The notes under the pieces: model-generated | Told to the model about the DNA's origin: nothing | What the model saw: the letters and a program-made list of their open reading frames with translations, nothing else | The model's database searches: none | Assembly: GCF_006345805.1 (NCBI RefSeq) | Contig: NC_043001.1 | Span: 78,926,001-78,990,000, forward strand | Direction of reading: 5' to 3' | DNA length: 64,000 bases | From: Octopus sinensis | Taxonomy: Eukaryota | Translations under genes and position numbers: made by a program | Shown: in pieces, positions 1 to 11,910 of the stretch | Layout of the letters: each line of letters opens with the position of its first letter | Position numbering within the stretch: position 1 is the stretch's first letter

Positions 1-870
1 TGTTTATCTCGATATAAATACTTATATTCTGGTACGAATATTTGTGAATATTTATGTTTGCCCACACATATCTCCGCCAGTATTCAAACGCACGCATTTA
101 CACACACCCACACTCACCCCCCACACTCACACACACATACACACAAACACACTTACACACACATACACACACACACACTTACACACGTACCCACATATAA
201 ATGCAGTCACTCGCAAAGACACTCTTTTTAACGGAGTCGTAATCTTCTCAATTCATACGCATATACAAGCGCAATGCACGCACAAACCACCGAAACATTT
301 ATATAATTTTGATTCCAGGAGCGACCACGTATTACTGAATTCTCTTTGATGAAAAATAGAACATAAATGGCTAAATGTGTTCGAGTGATATTTATCAGTA
401 CATTACATTTGAAGAATAAATCCAGCTTTTCCGTGTTACTGCAGCATCGGCGTCTGATTTTGTGGGAGTTGTAATAGATGATAGAGTTTGCTAGGTTTGT
501 GCCGATTAAAGGATGCGATATGGCGACTGATACTTTAAATGGGCGGCGATGCATATTAGCATGTAACCGCGCGTTTTATGTGGGGAACGATATAGCCATA
601 CGTTACGTAGGATCTGGTGCCAAGGTTCATTTGGCATAGTTGATAATGGTAGAATATATCTATCTATTGCTTTTAGTTATAATTTTAAGGAAGCCACTGT
701 GGTTAGATTGCAGATACGAATATATCGTAAACTACTAACAGTGATGTAATGATGGTACTTTGAAACAGAAGGCAGTGAATTTGTAGAATAATAAAAGCGT
801 CAGATAGAAAGTATTTTAGTCTTTGTTTTAAATCTCTGCTATGTGTGTTCAGATCTCTTCGAGATTATAA

Positions 871-1325
871 CTTTACATTTTTTCTTTCAGTGAATAGACT
901 GCGGCCATGTCAAGGAACCGCCTTGAAGACATTTACTAGAACGAATCAACCACAGTAATTATATTTTGTTTAGCCTTGTACATATTATATCATTCTCTTT
1001 TACTGAACCGCTACTTCACAGAGGCGTAAACACAAGAGCACCGGTTGCCAAGCAGTGGTGAGGAAAAACCACAGACACAAAGACACGGACAAACACACTC
1101 ACGCACACTCAAATGCAAACACAACCATACACAAACACATACGCACACATACACTCAAACATACGCATAAACAGACAGACTCATATATATATATATATGA
1201 CACGCTTCTTTCAGTTTCCGTCTACTAAATCCCCTTAGAAAGTTTTAGTTGGCCTTGGAGTATAACAGAAGACACTAGCCCAAATTGCCACGCAGTGAGA
1301 CTGAACTTGAGATCATGTGGGGTGA
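871..1325 (-). mobile_element. SINE family B (tRNA head + CORE-like segment + internal microsatellite + 3' module), degraded full-length copy
   Basis: Reverse complement aligns by eye with the better-preserved copies at 9021-9443 and 47425-47841 (cagtttccgtctactaaatcc, gaagacactagcccaaattgccacgcagt, gactgcggccatg). Confidence 0.8.
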
Positions 1326-1717
1326 ATAAAAATGTACCAATCATTACTGGGTTGATTCTTTTCTTTCTTTCCTCCTTTCTTTCTTCCGTTCTTTCTTTCT
1401 CTCTTCCTCTCTGACACACTCTCTCTCTCTTTCTCTCATTCTCTCTCGCTATCTATCAATTTCTCTCGCATCCCTCTTTTTCACATCTATGTCACCTTAT
1501 GTCGCCACACTGTCATTACTCTACCATTATACCACTACTACCACCATCGCTACCATTACACTATCACCACCACCCCTACAAGTGTATTCTACAATAATCA
1601 CGGAGTGACCAATGCCTTGTCAGAGGATTCGTAAAAAGTAATTGTGAAGAGACCCAATATATGCATGTATGTATGTATGTATGTATGTATGTATGTATGT
1701 ATGTAGGTATTTATAGG

Positions 1718-1776
<59 letters not shown>

Positions 1777-1782
1777 GTGACT

Positions 1783-1938
1783 GTGTTTGTCCCCAATCAT
1801 CGCTTGACAACCAATGCTCGTGTGATTACGTCCCCGTAACCTAGCAGTTCGGCAAAAAAGAACGATAGAGTAAGTACTAGTCCTACAAAGAATAAGTTCT
1901 GGAGTCGATTTGTTCGACGAAAGGCGGTGCTTCAGCAT
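1783..1938 (+). mobile_element. SINE family B, 3' half after a (TATG)(TA)(TG) microsatellite
   Basis: cgcttgacaacc...cgtccccgtaac...gttcggcaaaa...gatagagtaagtactag...gtcgatttgttcgac...ggcggtgcttcagcat. Confidence 0.85.
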
Positions 1939-2217
1939 AAAAGTATAAAAGAGTATATAATTGAGTTATAATGAGTGATTCGTAATTGTGACTTCATGGA
2001 GTTATGGATATGATCTATACACTGCTCCTCCAATGGGTGCCAATATTTCGCAAATACTAGATATTGTACCAATTCAAGAAGACACTAATCCTATTTTCCC
2101 TACGTAGGTGGAAATGTTAATGAAAGATTCATAGCGTAAATGAACAAATGATCAATAATAGTTACTGAAATATGTCTTCAAGTCTTCTGTACATAGAAGA
2201 AAAATATTTGGTAGATG

Positions 2218-2787
2218 TATTGGGTTGTCCGCAAAGTTTGTGCCGATTTTTAAAGGAAAGAAAAAGGTCAATAAATACTTGCCATTACATTTTTAATCAA
2301 CGAAGTATGAACCATTGTGTTGCACAATGCGTCTCCATCTTTCTTTTAACTTGAAAATACCCTCTTACCAGAATTGAGGTGGTTTCATGGCAAAGAATTT
2401 ATCAAGGTATCTTTTTACGTCATCCAAGGAATTGACATTTTTACCATTAAGACTATTCTACAGAGACCTAAATAAGTGGAAATCCGAAGGAGCAATATCT
2501 AGTAAATATGGAGGGTGGGGTAACATATCCCAGCCGAGCTGCAGCAATTTTTGTCTGGTTCCCAAAGCATCAAGTGCTGACAATGAACTTTCTTATCATC
2601 CATTTTAAAGAGTTACAGAATTAACACAGGTTATAGGAACATAAATATTCCTCTCCGAAAAGATAACTTAAACTGTGCTCTAAATGGAGGTGTCGTCAAA
2701 TCCTATTTTATGGACTCAGCCATGTTCTAAAATAAGTCGAATGGTAAACTACTATAAATCGACACGAACCTTCCGGACAACCCAATA
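2218..2787 (-). mobile_element. Internally deleted Tc1/mariner element (non-autonomous)
   Basis: TIRs tattgggttgtccgcaaagtttgtgccgattt (from 2218) and aaatcgacacgaaccttccggacaacccaata (to 2787), each ending in TA. Minus strand encodes the transposase start MDDKKVHCQHLMLW (ATG at 2603) fused out of frame to the C-terminus TRQKLLQLGWDMLPHPPYLLDIAPSDFHLFRSL*...KERWRRIVQHNGSYFVD*. Confidence 0.93.
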
Positions 2788-2884
2788 TATGTATAATTAT
2801 GCACAAATGCCCATACATGCATATTTATATATATATGTTTTCATTTTTGGATTACCTTATGTTTCAGGCGTTTACACTTTTCAA

Positions 2885-3410
2885 GTTTGTTAGAGCTCAT
2901 GCAGGTAGGTCGCTGCTGTACAAGAGAAAAAGGACTCATGAGAACGACATAAACCGTAGGACACATCAGATTACGTAGGATATCGTTTAGAGAGAGAGCC
3001 CCATTAGCACACACGGTGCGAAAATATAATCTGACTTCATAGCCACTAACTCAACAGAGATAAATATATGAAGGGATGGAACTCATAAGCGTCACGTTGT
3101 CACAGAACCTTCATATGCCAGATACAGTCAAGCAATTTGCTGATTTCTAGAGCATTAAATTCTTCGAGGACGAGAGTTAACTACTGAGCGACATACGCAG
3201 ATAATTCGTCAAGAAATCTGCCATCGTTCGGATTGGAGACCGTTAAGGAAAGACATACATATATACGTATAGAGAAATAAGGAGAGTTAAACGGAAAGAG
3301 ATGAGAGGCAGGGGTCAACGTCGATGAAGGTGGTTAGTGGTTATCTCCATCAACTTTGAGATATTGGCTGGGACTACGATAGGTCGATAGTTATCAGGAT
3401 CAGAGCGGAG
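2885..3410 (-). pseudogene. Degenerate LINE reverse transcriptase fragment (CR1/Jockey-like)
   Basis: RT motif remnants in the correct order on the minus strand: SDPDNYRPIVVPANISKLME, ALEISKLLDCIWH (3153-3115; cf. ALDISKAFDRVWH), AYEFHP, LFLLYSSDLP (cf. LFLLYINDLP). Frameshifts and stops present. Confidence 0.75.
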
Positions 3411-3463
3411 ATATATATGTAGATAACTAGACAGAATGATGGAGTGACATAGTTCCACAAGCA

Positions 3464-3575
<112 letters not shown>

Positions 3576-4287
3576 TGCATATATGTGAGTTTGTGCATGT
3601 GTATGAATGTATGTTTGTATGTTTGCAGAAGGCACACAAACCTTCATATGAACATGCATACGCAAACATTTTTCTATCAAAACACACATACGTTTATATA
3701 TGAAATACACCAACAAACATACCAATATGCTCAGAAATATACATCGATAAATGTCATGACAAATACGTGTACAATTGCGATAAGATCAGCATTTGAATAT
3801 ATATGCCGAACTCGCCAGCGAAATAAAACTGTATTCCCACACATAGTCACTGCATCATAGCATATTACTGTCGCTGTAGAACCTACAGTCCTACACAACG
3901 TTCTATTGAAAATAACACTTTCTGTACCAATGATTTATGTAGCGAATAAAATTTTCACATTTTACGTTGCTACCAAGTAATATAAACGTGATTCTGAAGA
4001 CAATATATACAAACAAACGCATTAATATACACAATTATGCACATAGATACACATACACATATTATATACAAAAACACACATGCACACACGCCGCTTCACA
4101 CACGTAGTAACAAGACTCATCAACACACTACTTGGGGCTGACTGTCAACGTTTCATAGTAACAATGGAAACTTTGGGATGGTCATTATATATGTATGCGT
4201 ATATGTATGTGTTTGTATATATAAGAATGCCTGTATGTATGCATTTAGGTATATATTCAAATATGCATGTATATATATTAAAAGGAT

Positions 4288-4342
<55 letters not shown>

Positions 4343-4477
4343 CATATATATAGGGATCTATATAAAACTATATGCATAATATGTGTGCTTATATGAATAT
4401 ACATGTGCGTGTTTATATATTTGTGTACATATATATGTGTGTATGTGAGAGAGAGAAAGACAGAGAGAAAGTGTGCA

Positions 4478-4530
<53 letters not shown>

Positions 4531-4949
4531 TAGAGGAAGTGTGTTTGTGTATTGTAGTGTGTATATCTCTCCAAACATAGAGAAAGTTCCCACAAAATTC
4601 GATGCAGGCAACATGCAGAAAGCTGTACCAGTTTCGCAACTGCAACCATTCTCGAAACAGCTGTAATCATTATGCCAACTCATGTTTTTCTATTATTTCT
4701 CAGGATGCTACCGGTGACGCCATACATATGTCTTGCAATTGATATCATATCATTACCCTAAGCTTCTTTTGTGCGTTATCCTAAAGTCTAGCTTTTTACC
4801 TCGCATCTATTAAGTACTATTCCAGAAATCTTACAGTAGGCTATGTGGTAGAGGTTCTGTGATCATGAACATTTTCAGACATCAATTCCTGTGTTACTAG
4901 AGACATGTGTGATAGTGCAGAATCTTACTTAAACACATATTACCTTCCA

Positions 4950-5350
4950 CTGCATGCACTGCCTACCAAGGGTTGAACAATTATTTTCAGGACCATGGTG
5001 TAGGCGACAGAGGTAACTCTCAGGCCTTGTGGAAAGAAGTAAGGAGGCATCACATGCTTACAACCCCTAAAACCATGACGGTTGCTGGAAATTTTGTATG
5101 CATAACACATGGAACTTCACAAGGGTCTGCACATAACCATCTGTCATTTCTTTTGTTAACTTTTTGATATTTGTTGTTAAGCTGCAGGTAAGGTAGATGA
5201 TTTGTTATATTGGCCACAAGGGTGCAGGATAGCATGCAGGGCAGCATGAAACGAAGTGTTTTACTCAAGAATACAGCGTTCCTTCTTCGGCAGTAATCGA
5301 ACGCATGATCTTGTGTTAGTGAGTGCAAAACCCCATTCACTAATCCACGG
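4950..5350 (+). pseudogene. Highly degenerate Penelope-like RT fragment
   Basis: TVAGNFVCITHGTSQGS (cf. F.G.FY.Q.HG.AMGS), VDDLLYWPQG (cf. YVDDIF.IWPHG), FTQEYSVP (cf. FT.E....PFLD) occur in order across frameshifts. Confidence 0.45.
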
Positions 5351-5382
5351 ACCTTCACAGCTTTAATAGCAAGAATACATGA

Positions 5383-5518
5383 TAGAAAGCAGGCAGCTGG
5401 AAGAATCGTTAGCACGCCAGCAAATTTCTTAGTGACATTTCATCCGTCCTTATGTTTTGCGTTCATGTTTTGCTGAGGTCAGCTTTGCATTTCATCCTTT
5501 CGGGATCAATAAAATAAG
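5383..5518 (+). mobile_element. SINE family A, degraded 5' part
   Basis: gcagctggaagaatcgttagcacgcc...gaggtcagctttgcatttcatcctttcgggatcaataaaataag. Confidence 0.75.
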
Positions 5519-5730
5519 ATTGTTCGATTAAAATCCTTCAAGGTGTTGCTCCAGCATGGCTACATTTAAATAACTGAAAGAAATAAAAAAATTAAAGAAT
5601 TAATACCAAAGTCGATTCATTCGACTAAACCTTTGAAGGTGGTACCCCAGCATGGCCACATTTCAATAACTAAAACAAGAAAAAGATAAAAGAGACGAAA
5701 ATAAACAAGAAAAATCTTTACTTGTTTAGA
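5511..5730 (+). repeat. 220-bp segment (doubled SINE-B-like 3' end), copy 1
   Basis: Near-identical to 6756-6975. Confidence 0.92.
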
Positions 5731-6454
5731 CTTGTTGAGCACTAGGGTCAATAAAACCGAGTTGTTACTTTCCTACGAAACTGCTGGCCATGAGCCGAAA
5801 TTTGAAGTCGATGATACATGGTAGAAAGAAGCAAGAAAATCAGAGAAAATTATTGTTGGAAAGCAAGAAGAAATATTCGTAGAGTGAAATAAATCGTTAT
5901 GCCGAAAGTAGGAACTCAAAGGTTTTAGGTCTAAATCTTGGGTTCCTACGTCTCTTTGGTAAAAGGTTTTCTTTAAATAATTAAATTTTGCTACTTCCGA
6001 GCACAATCGTTGGATAATAATTTATTCCGCTGTGAAGTAACACATGGCAGCTGACATAATCTGTTAAAATATATTGTGACATGAAACGCCATGCAGGTCG
6101 CAGGACGAGACGTACATTCTATGCGGATGTCCTAGCCATGGCTCTGTCGTCGCGGTTCGCGTTACGAAAGCAGACATTGAGAGTCAATGTCTTCTGTCTT
6201 AGCTACGGGCCAACAAATGACTTTTGAGTGGAAGCTTGTTATAAATATCAGTGTACGTGTTTGTGTATTTACCTCTGTGTATGCATGCGTGCGTGTGTGT
6301 ATGTGTGCTCGTGTGTGTGTTTGTGTGTTTCTATTTGTGTTGATCCCCTTCTCACTGCTTGAGAACCAGTGTTACTTTGTTAACGTTACCGTAACAGAAG
6401 CGGTCCGGCCAAGGAGACCGATAAAATAAGTACCAAAAATAAAAGCAAACATAA

Positions 6455-6975
6455 AGGCGCAGGCGTGGCTGTGTGATAAGAATCTTTTTTCCCAACCATA
6501 TGGTTCCAGGTTTCACTTCCACTGGCTGAAACCTTGAGCAAATGTCTTCTACTATAGACGAGGGCTGACTCAAGCTCTGTGAGTAGATTTGTTAGAAGCA
6601 AAGTGAAAGAAACCCGTCGCATATATGTATATCTATGTGTGTGTGTCTGTATTTGTCCGTCCCCATCACCGTTTGACAATCGGTGTTGGTGTGTTTATGT
6701 CCCTGTAACTTAGCTGTTCGGTAAAACAAACCGATAGAATAAATTTCTAGGCTTAAAAATAAGATTGTTCGATTAAAATCCTTCAAGGTGTTGCTCCAGC
6801 ATGGCTACCTTCAAATGACTGAAAGAAATAAAAAAATGAAAGAATTAATACCAAAGTCGATTCATTCGACTAAACCTTTGAAGGTGGTACCCCAGCATGG
6901 CCACATTTCAATAACTAAAACAAGAAAAAGATAAAAGAGACGAAAATAAACAAGAATAATCTTTACTCGTTTAGA
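6455..6975 (+). mobile_element. SINE family B with doubled 3' module (contains copy 2 of the 220-bp segment, 6756-6975)
   Basis: Head ggcgcaggcgtggctgtgtgataag, CORE-like ccttgagcaaatgtcttctactatag, internal (TG) tract, then the 3' module. Confidence 0.85.
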
Positions 6976-7379
6976 TTTCTAGATTGTTTCAATCTGTTTT
7001 GCCATAAAAATGCTGATGCAAACACCCAGATACATTAAAGTGATATTTCTCGAAATACATAACGATCTCCTTTAATTATTGACACTGTGGCGTATTTTCA
7101 TAGAAATTCAATATTTCAACAGAAAAATGAAATCATTAATTCGATAAGCATGACGGAATCTTAGTAAAATGTGTTAGCTTCGTTATATTTTTAACTCGAT
7201 ATTTTTGATAAACTCCTAAGTGTTTGGACCCACACAAACATTGGCACATGAAAATATGAACATTCATGCAGCCATACAGAGATAGCTATAAGCTGAGCAG
7301 ATGTATTTTGATAGACGGATAGATAGATATTTGAAATAGATAAGCAGATGGAAAGAGAGATGGACAGGCAGGCAGACAG

Positions 7380-7405
7380 TTAGATAGATATACAGATAGA
7401 TAGAT

Positions 7406-7484
<79 letters not shown>

Positions 7485-7495
7485 TAGATAGACAG
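7380..7495. repeat. (GATA/GACA)n microsatellite
   Basis: Direct reading. Confidence 0.95.
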
Positions 7496-7504
7496 GAAGG
7501 AAGG

Positions 7505-7922
7505 CATAATTCTTTCTACTCTAGGCACAAGGCCCGATATTTTGGGGGAGGGGGCCAGTCGATTTGATCGACCCCAGTACGCAATTTATCGAGCCCGAAA
7601 GTATGAAAGGCAAAGTCGACCTCGGTGGAATTTGAACTCAGAACGGAAAGACAGAAGAGATACTGCTAAGCATTTTGCCTGGTGTGCTAACGTTTCTTAT
7701 TTCTTTATTGCCAACAAGTGGCTAAACATAGAGGAGACAAACAAAGACAGGCAAAGGGATTAAGTCGATTACATCGACCCCAGTGCGAAACTGGTACTTT
7801 CTTTATCGACCCCGAAAGGATGAAAGGTAAAGTCGACCTCGGCGGAATGTGAACTTAGAACGTAACGGCAGACGAAATACCCCTAATCATATCGCCCGGC
7901 GTGTTAACGTTTCTGGCAGCCT
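7505..7922 (-). mobile_element. Two tandem SINE family A copies with different tail variants
   Basis: Two gaaaggcaaagtcgacctcgg(c/t)ggaat..gaact modules. One tail is ccccctcccccaaaat...ttgtgcctagagtagaaag, the other ctttgcctgtctttgtttgtctcc...cacttgttggcaataaagaaat. Confidence 0.9.
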
Positions 7923-8067
7923 TGGAAGCAAGGCACATTAAGTGAGACAGGTAAATAGTCAGTCGGTCAGCGAAGTAAGCAGGCAAGCAGGCAGGTAGGA
8001 AATCACAGATAAATAGAAATATAGATACAAATATAGAGATACAACCAGACTGGGAGTCAGACATCTT

Positions 8068-8068
<1 letters not shown>

Positions 8069-8148
<80 letters not shown>

Positions 8149-8175
8149 TGAGAGAGAGAGAGAGTGTGTGTGTGT
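8069..8175. repeat. (GATA)n-(GA)n-(TG)n compound microsatellite
   Basis: Direct reading. Confidence 0.95.
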
Positions 8176-8598
8176 ATAAATAAATAGACAGATTGATAAG
8201 CAGACAGAGACTACACACACTGACACCCACACATACAAAGACATACGCACACACATACACACACACACGCATACACAAACGGCTGTTTATATCAATTTTT
8301 TGTAAACACACACATATGCACATACACGCATATATACATATATATATATCTACACACACTCACAGAGTGAGATAGAGATAGAGAGAGCAAGAACGATCAA
8401 GAAAAAGAGAGATGTATTCAAAGCAGAAACTCTATTGTGATTCTACTTTGGGTTTCACGCTTCTGAGAATACTTTAACTCCAATAATTGAATAAACTCTA
8501 ATATGACATGTAGTCATAATATATTCTCCAGTTTATAATTGCAAACAAATCTATATCAGTATGAATGTGTGTGTGTAAACACACACACACACACAAAT

Positions 8599-8632
<34 letters not shown>

Positions 8633-9020
8633 ATACACATATATATGTATATAATGCCATACATACATGCATATATACACCATAAGTAGTTGTCCGAATA
8701 TGTTATCAATTTTTACCTACTGATGAGATAATGTTGTAACTAGGACACTCTATAATAAAATCCGTCGCTAGTATAATCCCGAGGACAAAGAAATAAGAAC
8801 ACACAGTATGGTAGAAGTTATAGCCGCTCATAATAAAAAGGAGTGCTGGTGGAATGGCCCACTGAAGATCTCATTAAAATGTAAGCACAACAGACATAAT
8901 GTAATGATTTGAAATAGAGAGAAGTAACTGTGCACATCTGTAGAAATTAGCTACAGAGCTGATGTTAGCATAAACCAGAAGATCAATGAAAAAGAGAACA
9001 ACTACCTTGGACTCTCTCTC

Positions 9021-9234
9021 TTTTTACTATTTTACTTGTTTCAGTCATTTGACTGCGGCCATGTTGGAGCACCGCCTTTAGTCGAGCAACTCGATCCCGG
9101 GACTTATTCTTTTGTAAGCCCAGTACTTATTATATCGGTCTCTTTTCTCGAACCGCTAAGTGACGGGGACGTAAACACACCAGCTTCGGTTGTCAAGCAA
9201 TGCTAGGGGGACAAACACAGACACACAAACATAT

Positions 9235-9270
<36 letters not shown>

Positions 9271-9443
9271 ATATATACGACATGCTTCTTTCAGTTTCCG
9301 TCTACCAAATCCACTCACAAGGCATTGGTCGGCCCGGGGCTACAGCAGAAGACACTTGCCCAAGATGCCACGCAGTGGGATTGAACCCGGAACCATGTGG
9401 TTAGTAAGCAAGCTACTTACCACTCAGCCACTCCTGCGCCTAT
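9021..9443 (-). mobile_element. SINE family B, well-preserved full-length copy
   Basis: Minus strand: ataggcgcaggagtggctgagtggtaag (A-box-like), gggttcaatccc (B-box-like), catcttgggcaagtgtcttctgctgtagccccggg (CORE-like), internal (TA)/(TG) tract, 3' module ending gcagtcaaatgactgaaacaagtaaaa. Confidence 0.93.
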
Positions 9444-9444
9444 T

Positions 9445-9855
9445 GAGAAATCTGCAGTTACTCTATCCAAATTACAGGTTCAGGTTTATACCTGTAATTA
9501 TTGCTGCCCTGGGATATGTAACTCACTGACTCAATACCATTCTTGAGAAATTAGGCTTCTCAAACCAGAAAGGAGAAAGCTAATTCGAAAACTACAGACC
9601 CAATCCATCATTGGAACTGTAAAAATCTGTAAAACTATCCACAAGTTTATCATTTAAATACATATGAGCAAGTCTAGATAAACAACTATATTCATAAGTA
9701 TATATAGATAAAGCAAACTTACAAATCTGCACATATATATGCATACATACAATCAAATGTATGTATGCATACCTTAATGTTGAAATTCCAATCAAGAGCT
9801 TTGAGTCTAGGCTAGAAACGGGGTCTTTCTCTATTGGCAAGAAATATTGAAATAA
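9445..9855 (+). pseudogene. 3' end of a restriction-like-endonuclease non-LTR retrotransposon (R4/Dong-like) plus 3' UTR
   Basis: LQLLYPNYRFRFIPVIIAALGYVTH*LNTILEKLGFS followed by RRKLIRKLQTQSIIGTVKICKTIHKFII*, matching the IPV(I/V)IGALG...LQ...G C-terminal signature. Putative UTR ends gaaataaaactgaacaatgac. Confidence 0.75.
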
Positions 9856-10577
9856 AACTGAACAATGACATGCATACATACATACATCCACACACCCACA
9901 TGCGCGCACACACACACACACACCCACCCACACATATATATAAGTTTGTGTGTGCCTGTGTATACACATACATACATATAGATATACACACACAGAGATA
10001 GAGAAAGAGATTACTGTACAACGTAAATATGTATATGTGTGCACTTCAGCGTGTAACCGTGTATTTTTGTGCTGAGTACTTTAGTAGCATGGAACTAATA
10101 AGAAATCTTCATGCAGGATATAAATAATGATCAACATCCACAACTTCAAGGTTGGAGGCAGCAGGCTCACAGAAACGACTGAGGCAGGCTGTGATTTTAC
10201 TATTAGACTGAGTTAGAAAACCAGATGCAGGGTATGTTGTTTTGTGGTCCGGATATATACGAAGTTAGACGGTGTGGCGAGGCCTAGAAATAAATTTAGC
10301 GAATTTTGCATTCTCTAATATTAAGTGTACAAGCTTTCTGGCACTGGAAATAATGACAGAAAGAAACTGACGTGCCTAAAGATCTTTATCATTATTACAA
10401 ATAAGAAAATGTCTTATACCACAGCATAAGTTGAATTTTGATGGGTAAAACGTAAAGTACGTATACAATATGTTCACATGAATATATATATATGTGTGTG
10501 TGTATGGGCGTGCTTGTGAGGATATATATATATAGTTAAAAAAAGATTACAGATCTACACAAATCAAATTTTTATTT

Positions 10578-10718
10578 ATAAAAGATGGAGGTGGAAATAG
10601 AACAGACGTAGTTCTGAGACATTTCAGCTGAAGAGTAAATCATATTTATTAAATTCCTCCCTCTTCAACTAAAGTGTCTCAGACCTACTTCTGTGCTATT
10701 TCCACATCCATCTTTTAT
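10578..10718. mobile_element. Fold-back / MITE-like element, 58-bp inverted arms and 25-nt spacer
   Basis: 10578-10635 versus reverse complement of 10661-10718: about 7 mismatches, no gaps. Confidence 0.75.
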
Positions 10719-11688
10719 GCACATACAAACACACACACAAACACACGTATATATACATACATACTTACATATATATATATATATATATATAATTAAAAAT
10801 GAGGGTGTCTAAAAGACACCAACATGCCGAAATAGCAGTCGAAACTGACTATAAAACCACGTTAAATGTTCATATCGCACCATGAGGTAAAGCGGAGGGA
10901 CAAAACATACAAGCAAAAATTATTGAATAATTCAAGATCCAAGGATTTCTGGTTCTGCTTTAGATAAGCTTTACCGTCATCAATTGAATATATCAAGGGT
11001 ACATAAATACAGATATATATATGCACAGCAAACGATATACTTACATACACGAGCGTCGTACATACATACATATGCACGTATGGACACAGCCAGTCTGAAT
11101 CGCCCGCCAAATCACCGCATAAGTACGATATGGTTAAAATAAGCACCGCAGTGAATATAATAACGAATTATATAAATTTATATATGAGGATAATATCGAT
11201 ATTTAAGTGTCGAAATATATACATTTATAATGAAATGTAACTCCGAATTTCATGTGTGAAGCTAACGAACAGAGCAAACTGACACTTTGAAATATATATG
11301 CATATATACATGTGTGTGTCTATGTTTGTGTGTGTGTGTGTGTGTTGGTTACTACGAGCTTATTTAGACCTGCGTTAGAGAAGGCTAGATAAAATTTGCT
11401 AATTTTAAATTATCGATCACTTTTGAAAACACATAACAGCTCATTTTTCTAGATGTTACTTCAGATTTAAAATCTTCCCTATACTTCCTCCGTTAAGTGC
11501 CTGCATTTACCTGAGATTATACCTTCACGGAAGTACCGACCAAACTCCATAGCCTCTGGAAAAAGATAAGCTGTGAACTTTATTCTCCTGTCTGTATTCT
11601 TCTATCTACTGTTTTACTCTTTATTCTGCTTTATTCGTTTATACGCAGAGAATATCCTACCAACAAAGACTTTCCTACATACTCACCT

Positions 11689-11770
11689 TGTCTCTGATGA
11701 CGCAATACCTAATGTATAGAGATGCTAACTTATCACTTGGGATATCCCAGAAACAGCTAGTTGTAAGACA
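11689..11770 (+). ncRNA. Type I hammerhead ribozyme motif (stem II damaged), probable PLE 3' terminal repeat
   Basis: TGTCT-CTGATGA(11694-11700)...GAAAC(11750-11754)-AGCTAGTT-GTA(11763-11765)-AGACA. Stem I TGTCT/AGACA is a perfect 5 bp. Confidence 0.65.
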
Positions 11771-11910
11771 TCCAATAATTAATTAATTCATTAGTTTATT
11801 AATCAATTAATTATTTCAAATTCACATTACTCTAATTGAATATTCTAAATGACTTGAGATACTCGTTCTGCCTTGGTTTTGTTGGTCCGTTTTCCTCTAA
11901 TATATATATT

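Noticed and set aside
228-575. 108-aa minus-strand ORF with NLANSIIYY..KIRRRCC, reminiscent of GPCR TM7/helix 8
   Set aside because: In-frame stop at 576-578, no usable acceptor, no upstream TM segments. Treated as chance resemblance.
10801-10850. GGTGTC/GACACC hairpin with gaaatagc/gaaac as a hammerhead
   Set aside because: The CUGAUGA core is missing (replaced by the TA tract) and stems I and III cannot be formed.
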